Shown piece by piece: positions 52,954-64,000 of a stretch of 64,000 nucleotides of DNA. The stretch lies in the NCBI GenBank assembly GCA_951406725.2, contig OX597823.1, forward strand, positions 46,500,001-46,564,000. Reading direction: 5' to 3'. Source of the stretch: Octopus vulgaris (Eukaryota). Position numbers and translations under genes: made by a program. Numbering within the stretch: position 1 is the stretch's first letter; each line of letters begins with the position of its first letter. Below the pieces are notes generated by a model. That model had not been told where the DNA came from. It saw only the letters and a list, made by a program, of their open reading frames with translations, and did not search any database.

Positions 52954-54447
52954 CTGTGTGTGTGTGTGTGTCTGTGTCTGTGTATGTATGTATGTATCTC
53001 TATATATAAAACTGAGAATGTGTGTCTGTCTGTCCGTGTTTCCCTAAAACTTGAGAACTACACAACCAATTTCATTCAAATTTTACACATCCCTTACTTA
53101 GGGTCCATGTACTTTCATGGGCAAAAAAATGTTCAACTTCTTGCTTAGAGCGAGCCCATAGCAATATCATATCTTCTCCACTATTTCAGTATTACGTGTT
53201 AAAAGTGAAACAGAAATATTTCTCTATTTTATGTCAGATACTTTCACTTTAACATTAAAAATAATAATAACAATTGAATTACATGTAGTAAGTAATAATT
53301 AAAATCAAACTAGAGTATAATATAATCGTAACATAACAAAAGTAAAAATAGCAATTGGTATAAAATTGCATCAATGACTTGAACTTGAATAAGTGGTTTC
53401 ACATGAATGAGAATAAATTGAAAATAAAATTAGCGTGCAGAAATGGAATAGTCCAGATGGACTATTATACATAAAGGACTATAGCTTCAACCGCGTACTG
53501 CTATTATTATTATTATTACTGTTTAACTATTGTTATCACGTTTGTTGGTTTCTTGTAAAGGAAACGTTGTTGTGTTGCATTTGTTAAATAATTGTAAACT
53601 GTAACCCTCCCCCTTTGGGAGAAGGAGCTTTGGTTATTGTTTAAAAATTGAATTGTATCCCTGTTTGGGGAAATTGACAATATTTTCCCCGTTTACACGG
53701 AAGCATTTTGTTAGAATGCCTTCGATAGAAGAAAGTCCAAAAATGAATTTCGCTGCAGCCGTCGGCGGGCGCGAACTCATTAAAATTAAAATGGAAGTAA
53801 TACAAACCTATTTTGGATTGATTACCGACAAAGACGGTGAATCTAGGATAACACCAACAAACGAAATAAAAAATTAAATTAAAGAAAAGACTATTGTCTA
53901 TAAAGTATACAATGTAGAGAGAAAAAAAAATATTTGAACACCTGGAGGAAAGCACCATCGAAAAGTGTCTTGGTGCGACTATGAAAGATAGTCGCGATAA
54001 ATTCGCCACAATAGAAGCAAGGTTCGAGTCAACGGAGCGTGCAACGACTGGAACCTTGCAAAGTGGAAATATTTTATTTTCACCTTTATATCTGGGACGT
54101 AGGACGTCCCGGAAAAAAATTTTAAATGTACCCTCAGAAGTAGAGGTAGGCTGGATTGTAGCCACACTTCTATACAAGAGGGAGGAAAAGATACAATTGA
54201 TCGAAATTGCAAGAGACGGACCTACAATTCCAGTCTGTTATATATTTTGAGTATTGTTATCACTAGCGATATCAAGATATAACTTTGTATTTTGTATTTT
54301 ATGTGTAGATGTATATATATATATAGATGTACATGTAATATGTACACATACATATACACATATATACTTGCACTAGTACTATGACCCGGCAACGACGGGT
54401 TATAATGCTAGTATATATATATATATATGTATATATGCATATGTATG

Positions 54448-54481
<34 letters not shown>

Positions 54482-54499
54482 TGTATGTATGTATGTATG

Positions 54500-54530
<31 letters not shown>

Positions 54531-54671
54531 GTGTGTGTATGTGTGTGTGTGTGTGTTGGCTAGTTGTAGGATTCGGTAGAATCTGGGCACATCAACAAGT
54601 ACGATGCCAGAAATGGTTAGGTACAGTAACATAGCGTTTGCAATGAGGTAACACAACCATAAAGGTATCAC
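52593..54671 (+). repeat. 101-bp direct repeat pair (52593-52693 and 54571-54671)
   Basis: ATTCG(A/G)TAGAATCTGGGCACATCAACA...CAACCATAAAGGTATCAC, about 4 mismatches. Confidence 0.9.
52997..54411 (+). mobile_element. non-autonomous Helitron (1415 bp) with internal cargo
   Basis: 5' A|TCTCTATATATAAAACTGAGAATGTGTGTCTGTCTG. 3' hairpin ACCCGGCAACGACGGGT, then CTAG|T. Confidence 0.85.
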
Positions 54672-55042
54672 ATGTTGGCATGATAGTGTAGACATAAAGG
54701 TACCAAAATCTTATTTAGTCTGTAGATCCGACTAGGAGCTGGTTCTAGGTGCAGTATAAGTATGAAAAAGAACATATTACATGAAGGCTACAAAACGGCT
54801 GTAATCACATAGAAGTTATACGGAAAATAAATCTTCACCTCTCTTACTTTCTGATTTTATGCCTTACACACACACACACACATACATACACACACACACA
54901 CACATACAAACGCACATCAAACACATACACAAACGCATACACTGATATATGCAGACATTCATGCAATATAAGTACTATTCTCTATCTTCCTTTCTCTCTT
55001 TCTCTCTCTCTCTCTTTCTATCTGTCACTCTTTCTTTCTCAG

Positions 55043-55130
<88 letters not shown>

Positions 55131-55212
55131 TGTCTCTCACTCTTCCCCGATATAGTTATCTCTCTCTATATACATATATAGATATCTAGATACGTATATA
55201 TGTATATGTAGG

Positions 55213-55275
<63 letters not shown>

Positions 55276-55498
55276 GTAGGCAGTCAGGCAGGTAGGCTGG
55301 CAGGCAGGCAGACAGATAGGTAGGTTGGTAGGTAGGTTGGTAGGTAGGGTAGGTAGGTAGGTAGGTAGGCAGGCAGACAGGTAGGTAGGTAGATAAATAG
55401 AAGGGTAGGAAAATAAGTAGGTAGATAGGTAAGTAGGTAGGTAGGTATGTAGGGAAGGTAGGTATGTAGGTAGGTAAGTAATTAGGTGGTAAGTAGAT

Positions 55499-55536
<38 letters not shown>

Positions 55537-56164
55537 GTAGGTAGGTAGGTAGGTAGGTAGGTAGGTAGGTAGGTAGGTAGGTAGGTAGGTAGGTAGGTAG
55601 GTAGGTAGGTAGGTAGATAGAAAGATAGGTAGGTAGGTAGGTAGGTAGGTAGGCATGTAGATAGGTATGTAGGTAGGTATGTGTACTAATACAAATTACA
55701 GCAGATCCTCATATATGTCATATTTCAAGTTGATAAACGTTTGATTAGCTAAGATTATCGTCGACATTTCTCTCTCAGGTCGTGTTTATATATAAACAGC
55801 ACACAAGAGGTTAAACTCCAATAGATTTAGCTAATAACTTCAATTCAGATAAAATAAATATTATTTAAAACTAACTAAATTAGTAACGGACATGTTCGGG
55901 TTTTATTTGATCTCTTTAGCGAAATAATTAACGTCGCTTTGAATTCCTAACTGCAACGTACTTATTTGCCGAAAACAATCTGGATTAGCTGGTATCAGTG
56001 GAGTTATCTTGGTTGCAACAAATCTCCCTCTAGGGAGATTTGTCTTCGAGTTGCGAAGATAATCTCAGGTAATGAAAGCTTTTCAGCTCACTGTTACACA
56101 TTTAAGTCTTTATCGTATGTACGTTTATATAAGTGCAGAAATACATACACACGTACATACATGC

Positions 56165-56215
<51 letters not shown>

Positions 56216-56220
56216 TAAAA

Positions 56221-56259
<39 letters not shown>

Positions 56260-56359
56260 TATATAAGTTATATATATATACGTATAAATGTGTACAAGTA
56301 TATATTTATATACATATACATTATGTACATATGCATATGCATTTATAAGTACATATGTT

Positions 56360-56426
<67 letters not shown>

Positions 56427-56475
56427 CTGTGCGACTTTATGTTGTCAGACAGCTTTATTGATAGATAGGTAGATT

Positions 56476-56581
<106 letters not shown>

Positions 56582-57233
56582 AGGGGGGTAAGACAAATTG
56601 AAAGAGATAAAGAGTAAAGAAATCGGTGAAGTGAAGGAGAGCGAGAGAAAGAAGAAAAAAAAGCAAAGATAAAACAAAGATTGGTTTCACGCTTCCTTCG
56701 TTTCTATTGATGAAAAATATCGACAATAGAGCAAATTATAACAATGATGACGACGATAACGTTGATTTTCAATATTGTCTTCTCTCTGCTGGTGTCTACA
56801 TTTCAATTGACTTTATATTCTTCCCCCTTTTTCTCTCACCCCCGCTAACACCAGTTTAAACATCTATTTTCGGCAGAAACAACCTCTTTCGTAACTATTT
56901 GTTCGAACGATAATAACATTTATTTCTTCCTCGATATAACATGAAGTCGTGAGAAAACACAATCAAAACAGCAATTTGACTTGATGAATTTTTGCCGCCA
57001 AATTTTCAACGAGTAAAAAAAAAAAAATTTTATATATTGTAGTGGAGATGAATGGAAAGAAAACGCAGTTGTTTATATGATATGAGTGTTATTTGTGAAG
57101 AGGCTTTCACAAACCGAGTTATGTGTGCTCAGGTGCAGGCGTGTATGTGTGTATGATACGAATGGTTATAAAAGGTAATAAAAGGATACAGGAGTGTTGT
57201 TGTTGGTGGATGCATTTTGTACATATTCTTTCA

Positions 57234-57327
<94 letters not shown>

Positions 57328-58019
57328 ACAAATACACATGCTCACACATACCCAGAAACGTTCACGCACTTACACAATTTAGAAACACACAAGCAGTCAT
57401 ATGCATAAATACTCATACGCAAATATACATGAACACGCACATACTCACGTAAACATACATTCACAAAAATACAGCGATACAAGTACACAGAATCATGCCT
57501 CGTTACTTAGTAAATTCTACCAATTATAAATATCAGATCCATAATGTTTAGAATGATATAATTGAAAATATCAACATATACTTTATGTTCAGAAATATAT
57601 CCATACATATATATGTGTATATATAAGGCGGTGGAACCGTAGAGACAACTACAGCGCTCCAATTCACAGTGCTCCGTGTTCAAATACCATTAAGGTGTAT
57701 TTTTCCTTTAGCGGTCGATACGACAATTCAGAGTACAGTATGCTGGAAGCTTCGAAGACGTTGTCATAGGACAGCTATTCCGGCACTTTCCATTGTGAGA
57801 GTAATGCTTACATGAGTCTTGTGCCATGTGCTATAAGCCACAAGTACTTTCTTTTTGATAACATCAGTGGAGTTGAGAGCGAAAGAAGATTCCATGTATA
57901 CATTCCCGTTCTCCCACAGAAAGAAACATATTTTCCCAGGTCTTTAAGATGCAGGATTAATTATGAGCACCGGAAGCCCTTCATACCTGGGGACATGTAA
58001 TGATTTATAATCATTACTT

Positions 58020-58750
58020 TATGGTGCAAAGGGCCTTCGAAAGGTCTATGCCTGGGATATTATTACGAGTTCATATTCGAAAAGCGATAATTCGAGGACG
58101 GGATAGAGTGGATCATGTGACCGTAGAGTACCGAAAACAAAAATTCCGCACGGTCGAACACATCGCAAGATTCACAGACAATATGTGGACCCGTATAAGG
58201 CGGCGAGCTGGCAGAAACGTTAGCACACCGGGCGAAATGCTTAACAGTATTTCGTCTGTCGTTACGTTCAGAGTTCAAATTCCGTTGAGGTCAACTTTGC
58301 CTTTCATCCTTTCGGGGTCGATAAATTAAGTACCAGTTACGCACTGTGCTCGATATAATCGACTTAATCCGTTGGTCTGTCATTGTTTGTCCCCTCTGTG
58401 TTTAGCCCCTTGTTGATCGTAAAGAAATAGGTATTTCGTCTGTCTTTACGTTCTGTGTTCAAATTCCGCCGAGGTTGATTTTTGCCTTTCATCCTTTCGG
58501 GCTCGATAAATTAAGTACTAGTTGCGTACTGGGGTCGATTAAATCGACTGCACCCCTCCCCCAAAATTCCGGACCTTGTGCCGAGAGTAGAAACGAATAT
58601 GTGGACCCGTACATTTGGAAGTCATCCATGCCATTTGGAAGACAATTTAGTAAGCAATTTAGGTTAAGATGGAAAATAATGGCGCAATCAAGACAGAATT
58701 GGAAGCGCATTGTGACCAGTAGTGTATAACAGCATCGGATGGTCTGGTTG
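58020..58750 (+). pseudogene. RTE-clade LINE 3' remnant interrupted by a SINE
   Basis: QRAFERSMPGILLRVHIRKAIIR..VEYRKQKFRTVEHIARFTDNMWT, then WKIMAQSRQNWKRIVTSSV*. Confidence 0.8.
58196..58595 (+). mobile_element. SINE family A dimer with one 16-bp TSD
   Basis: AATATGTGGACCCGTA at 58180-58195 and 58596-58611. Confidence 0.93.
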
Positions 58751-59746
58751 TTATTGTAATACTATGACTAGAAAATACGTATGTGTATTAAATGAGACGA
58801 ATGTATATGCCTGTGTGTCTGTGTATGTGTATACCGTAGGGAACGATCAGTTTTGATATTTCAGAACATATATATATATATATATATATAAGTGGCCATC
58901 CACTTAGTTCATAGCAGAATGCTGACATAGATGTATATCTTTTATTTTTAATTGCACGGTTCTGACCGACATCTGGATCAGAGTTTGTGTGATCGACATT
59001 TCTAGGGTAAAACATCTAACGGAGATGTGGGGACTTTGACAAATTTCCAACTGATTTGTAGAACAGAACATTTTTTTTTTTTTTTTTCAGATAAGCTATA
59101 TCGATTACTGCTGTAACACTATTACCGACATAAAGGATTAGTTTGACTGTTTCAGCCTAGCCATTAGAAATGTAGAATAAGGTGAGACAATTTGAATCAC
59201 TTTCTTCTACTTTCAGTTTCTGTTTTCTCCTGGTGTCAAATACATAGTCTGGCACTGTCAAGTTTATTCTTATTCTTAACCTATGAACCGTTCCTACTCC
59301 GATAAGGTGTAATTAGATAGGCCTCTCATTTCTAAAGTCTATAGGTCATCTTATATACATCTGTCTTGTTTAATTGTTACAAGTTCAGTTTCTTTCTTCT
59401 CTCTTTTTCTTTGGCTACCTTTCATTAAATTAATAAATTTCTAAGACAGTACAAGACGATTGCATTTCTCTTCCTTTCTCAGCCATCTTTCCATCCCTTC
59501 TATCTTTCTTACTTTTCTCTCTCCGCCTCCTACCCTTACTTCTCTCACTCACATACACTCACAAACACTGAAGCACACCCACACACACTCGTATATTTTC
59601 ATTTGTTCAAATATGTCTGACATACATATATGACTTTATTAATAGTGAAATTGTCTTAAAGCATTACGAATACAAATTCTAATACGCAACCAAAGGCTCG
59701 AGTGCACATACGCATACGCACGCACACTCACACACACGTATATGTA

Positions 59747-59815
<69 letters not shown>

Positions 59816-59948
59816 GCATGTATGTATATGTAAATATATATATATATTATATATTATATATTATATATATATAAACACATACACTCGTACATATATATAA
59901 ATATATGTATATATATATATATATATTCATATACATATATATAAATAA

Positions 59949-60110
<162 letters not shown>

Positions 60111-60575
60111 GTGTGTGTGTAATACACATACAGGAATCGAGAGTTTCGCAGCCTATTTGATACAAATCATCAAAAAGGTAAATTTTCATCAATGTTTTAC
60201 CCTTTTCTCTCTTCTTTGAACAATTACTTGGCACACTTCAAACACTCTCCTAATATATACATCCTCGCAGTGACATGGCCCGGGTCAACCTCTGGTCGAA
60301 TCATGCCTAAACTATCTAACTCATATAAAATATACGTGTATGTGTTTGTGTGTGTGTGTGTATACAAATATATACATACTTATGTAAAAACTATGCATAC
60401 ACATATTAATAGTTATCGCCAAGCTAACATGGCAGTCCTGGAAAATAGGACGAATGCTGCCGTTGATTAGCTCCAAGAGGCCATCACCTCTAGCTAGCTA
60501 TGTGACACAGAAGCATGTGTCCATTATAACCTTCGAACAGGGGAGGTCAGCAGTTTCCCCTTGCTGGTTTGAGAA

Positions 60576-60616
60576 CCACAGACTAGTTTCGGGGTAGTTG
60601 CCCCTTATCAATGTGG
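60576..60616 (-). ncRNA. type I hammerhead ribozyme motif with U3-A8 compensated core
   Basis: CCACA-UUGAUAA-GGGG(CAACUA)CCCC-GAA-ACUAGU-C^UGUGG. Confidence 0.82.
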
Positions 60617-60935
60617 AGTAGCCGAACCCTGCAGGCGTCGCTGCAGACCATCTGTTCGAAGGTTTATTTTCCTAAATTCAGTGGAATACATTCAATGGTT
60701 TTCAAAAATAGAAATATTAAGATTTCTATATCTCTCTAAAGGAGACTACGGCAGCGGTACTTGATATTAATAGTTATCGCCAAGCTAACATGGCAGTCCA
60801 GAAAAATATGACGAATGCTGCCGTTGATTAGCTCCAAGAGGCTATCGCCTCTAGCTAGCTATGTGACACACAATCCTGTGTCCATTATACCCTTCGAACA
60901 GGGGAGGTCAGCAGCTCCCCCTTGCTGTTTGACAA

Positions 60936-60976
60936 CCACAGACTAGTTTCGGGGTAGTTGCCCCTTATCGATGTGG
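60936..60976 (-). ncRNA. second hammerhead copy (U3-A8 plus U4C)
   Basis: CCACA-UCGAUAA-GGGG(CAACUA)CCCC-GAA-ACUAGU-C^UGUGG. Cleavage site is 360 nt from that of copy 1. Confidence 0.8.
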
Positions 60977-61283
60977 AGTAGCCGAAACTAGTCTGTGGAT
61001 GTCAAACCAGCAAGGGGAAGCTGCTGATCGTGGGTAAGGCCAAAATGGGGTCATAATCCCGAAATATTGAATACAAAGTAAGTCTACATTAACTCATATA
61101 TTCGTTTTCTTGTGATTTACCTTGCATTTACTTTGCATTGTTTTATACGATATTTTATACAATATATTCTACACAATGCTTTATAGTAATTATTCCATTA
61201 TATATATATATATATATAATGTGTTTTGAATGGCACTACAATGCACTATAATAACGACGGTGTAATTCAATCATCCATAGTCT

Positions 61284-61325
61284 GATGTAATATTTCGGAA
61301 TATAGAAATTCCTTCTTCAGATATC
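61284..61325 (-). ncRNA. minimal type I hammerhead motif, CUGAAGA core
   Basis: GAUAU-CUGAAGA-A-GGAAU(UUCUAU)AUUCC-GAA-AUAU-U^ACAUC. One mismatch in stem I; palindromic stem III. Confidence 0.72.
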
Positions 61326-61702
61326 GCTAGGGACAGATCGAGACACTGCTACAATCGGTTTTCCAGCGTTCTTTTTTTCTTTACCGTTTTCTTCTTCCGG
61401 AAGTGCCTCTGCACTGGCCTTACGAAGCGCCTTCAGGAATTCCGCGTGAGAAGTGCTTGAGGGCGACCATGTCTCAGGGCTCGTGTGTGCTGGCACATTC
61501 ATAGCGGTGCTTGTAATAAACGTATTATACGTGATTTCCTCTTCTTTTCCTTTTTCTTTCTCACTCTCTTTTCCCTTTCTTTCTTCCTTTTTTTCCTTTT
61601 TTCCTTTACGCATGTATGTATGTATGTATATGGAGTAGGAGTTGATGTTTTCAAGAAACAATTTGACCTCCTGCTATCCAAGGTCCCAGATGAACCTATA
61701 TT

Positions 61703-61920
61703 AAGGCGTCGAGCTGGCAGAAACGTTAGCAAGCCTGGCGACCTGCGTAGCCGTATTTCGTCTGCCGTTACGTTCCGAGTTCAAATTCCGCCGAGGTCGA
61801 CTTTGCCTTTCATCCTTTCGGGGTCGATAAATTAAGTACCAGTTACGCACTGAGGTCGATGTAATCGACTTAATCCCTTTGTCTGTCCTTGTTTGTCCTC
61901 TCTGTGTTTAGCCCCTTGTA
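61703..61920 (+). mobile_element. SINE family A monomer
   Basis: Full head, central domain and TTTAGCCCCTTGT tail. Confidence 0.9.
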
Positions 61921-62629
61921 ATATATATTACGGCAATAAATTCAAAACAGGACAGCAGTATTGAACTGCCCTCCCACTTTACAAAATGGGAGTTGCATAA
62001 TATAGGGCATTGAAAATGTAATTACAATGGCGATGCTCCAGTATGGTCACAGATTTTGGACTGAAAAGTGTAAAACAATAAAAGAAGAAAATATGGTGAT
62101 TACTTCATCCTAACAGATGATTGCCATCATTTTTCTTTCTTTCTTTCCTTTTTTTTTTTGCTTTCTTGTTAATAGCATACTGACATTCTATTCATGACCT
62201 CTCAGATTACTATTCAGTCCCGTTGCAAGTATGTAAGGTTAGTTCTGCCACTCTTCCGTCACTGTAGGACTTTCAGTAGACAGAAGGGCAAATGGGGTCA
62301 TCACAAAGAGACATCTGTACGTCACAGAATTACAAGTGATAAATTCCTGTACAATATATAGTACTACTTTCTCAGTCTCCGTGATTAATACTTAGTGACA
62401 GACGGAAAAAGATGACTAGTAATAACGTGAAACCGCAGGTTTTACATCAGAAAGATTCTTCCCTAGAAGGATGCTGTAGCAATATCTAGGGCTTCCTCAC
62501 TCCCATGATTTTACTGCGTACATTAGCACTAACAAAGGCAATTTCTGCATCCCCACGGTCAGATGTTATGTCATCAAATGCGTTAAAGTTAACCCATTGT
62601 TGGGACGTTGATACGTGCTACTAGTCATG

Positions 62630-63385
62630 CTCATGGTTCCAGGTTCAGTCTCACTGAGTGGTACCTTGGGCAATTATCTTTTATTATTGCCTAGGGCCGA
62701 CTAAAGCCTTGTTAGCGGATTTGGTACACAGAACCTGAAAGAATCTCGTCGTACATAGGCGCAGGCGTGGCTGTGTGGTAATTCCTTCAATTCAAAGGAA
62801 ATATTTATTCTGGCGTTCGTTATTTCCCCCTCGTTCTGGTCTAACGACTCTCCATGTTTGCTTTCGTTCAGTTTCCTTGTATGTCTCCACTGTTCTGTTT
62901 TTGTTCCCAACTTTGACCCTCCATAAATGGTATTTATAGGAGCAATTGTCGTTGAATGCTCGAAATGAGGAGTAGATAGGTAGCCAACAACTGATGAAGG
63001 GTCGTTCTTTGTGTTACTTGTTCTGCTTTCCATTTTTTCTCTCGTTGTTTGCATATCTAGCTCGTTTGTTTTCGTACTTCATGTTGTTTACAGTTGGTGA
63101 CGTCCTGTACCCATATATGCATATATATATATATATATATATATATTATTTACATTATATGTATGTATGTGTATGTGATGTGTGTCTGTGTTTGCTCACC
63201 TACCATTGCTTGATAACCGATGCTGGTGTGTTTACATCTCAGCAACTAAGCGGTTCGGCAAAAGAGACCGATAGAATAAGTACCAGGCTTACAAAGGATA
63301 AGTCCTGGGATCGATTTGTTCGACTAGAAGGCGGTGCTCCAGCATGACTACGGTCAAATGACCGAAACAAGTAAAAGAGTGAGAG
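62630..63385 (+). mobile_element. SINE family C, interrupted by a second head stub and an unclassified repeat (62782-63125)
   Basis: Head 62630-62755, stub GGCGCAGGCGTGGCTGTGTGGTAA at 62759-62781, tail 63190-63380. Confidence 0.75.
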
Positions 63386-63552
63386 AGAAAAAGAATATAT
63401 ATATTTACATATGTATTAATATAAACAACTCGGCGCAACATTATATTTTAAAAGAAAAATTTTATCGTCACTAATTATGACTGACGGTGCCGAAGTGCCA
63501 ATAATGTAAGAAATAAGGGTTAAAAACCCTTAATGCTATATGAAGCACGCAG

Positions 63553-64000
63553 TATATTGGGTCATGCCGTAAATAATGCGATCTTTTATACTTTTTTTTT
63601 ATTTTGAAAATTAAGCTGAACAAAGTTCTTTACTCTCTTTCATTTTCTTCCATGCTCTTCCATCTATCTGGTAGACTTACAAGCCCTATCTTCCAAAATT
63701 CACTTGTCTGTGTCAAAAATACTCCCCCAGTATTGTTCTGACCTCGTCTACAGAATTCATATTTTTTCCATCAAAATGATTTTGAAGTTTGCAGAATCCG
63801 GCGAAGATGGTGGGTGGGGCATCGTCTCCCATTCAAACTACTCTAGCCTTTGGAATGTCATCTTGGCGGTATGTGGCTGAGCATTATCCTGATGGATGAA
63901 CACCATTTGTCTTGAAACAAAACATGGTCGTTTTTCTTCTAGTGCTGACTTAAGCCGTTCAAGCTGCTCGCAGTAGATCGCGTTTGTTATCGTTTGGTTT
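63553..64000 (-). pseudogene. mariner remnant (3' part and TIR), runs off the window
   Basis: YCEQLERLKSALEEKRP..FIHQDNAQPHTAK..EWETMPHPPSSPD. TIR-like TATTGGGTCATGCCGTAAATAATGCG at ~63555. Confidence 0.88.

Larger units (their letters stand above)
60403..61027 (-). mobile_element. retrozyme-like / Penelope pLTR-like tandem repeat (~360-bp unit, ~1.6 copies plus inverted piece)
   Basis: Unit 1 at 60403-60763, unit 2 at 60764-60985, inverted fragment at 60982-61027. Each unit has one HHR; no credible ORF. Confidence 0.8.

Noticed and set aside
61317-61661. 114-aa minus-strand ORF with a natural-looking C-terminus (AEFLKALRKASAEALPEEE...)
   Set aside because: The N-terminal half is low-complexity repeat, there is no recognisable domain, and its stop lies in the CUGAAGA of the hammerhead. 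It is more likely part of the HHR-bearing repeat, though this is not excluded without BLAST.
62940-63010. GCTC-GAAA ... CTGATGAAGGG possible hammerhead
   Set aside because: No consistent stem I, stem III or cleavage triplet could be built in any topology.

Overview
AT-rich, microsatellite-dense eukaryotic DNA with no supportable host protein-coding gene. The repeat content is what I recognise from octopus (coleoid cephalopod) genomes; this is recognition, not a database result. Nearly all listed ORFs are microsatellite or repeat artefacts. The window holds at least four tRNA-derived SINE families, one complete but frameshifted mariner (13719-15004) plus other mariner remnants, non-autonomous Helitrons, R4/Dong-type and RTE-type LINE remnants, and a foldback MITE. 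The main unannotated signal is more than ten minimal type I hammerhead ribozyme (HHR) motifs of the Penelope-like-element/retrozyme kind, intact or decayed, in several repeat families. Two cases stand out. One is a ~360-bp tandem, self-complementary, retrozyme-like unit whose HHR has a compensated U3-A8 core (60403-61027). The other is a tRNA-headed SINE with an internal (AAT)n linker and an HHR tail, seen as head-to-head dimers, whose linker has been targeted by (TAA)n-specific elements. All ribozyme folds were read by eye; cleavage activity is untested.
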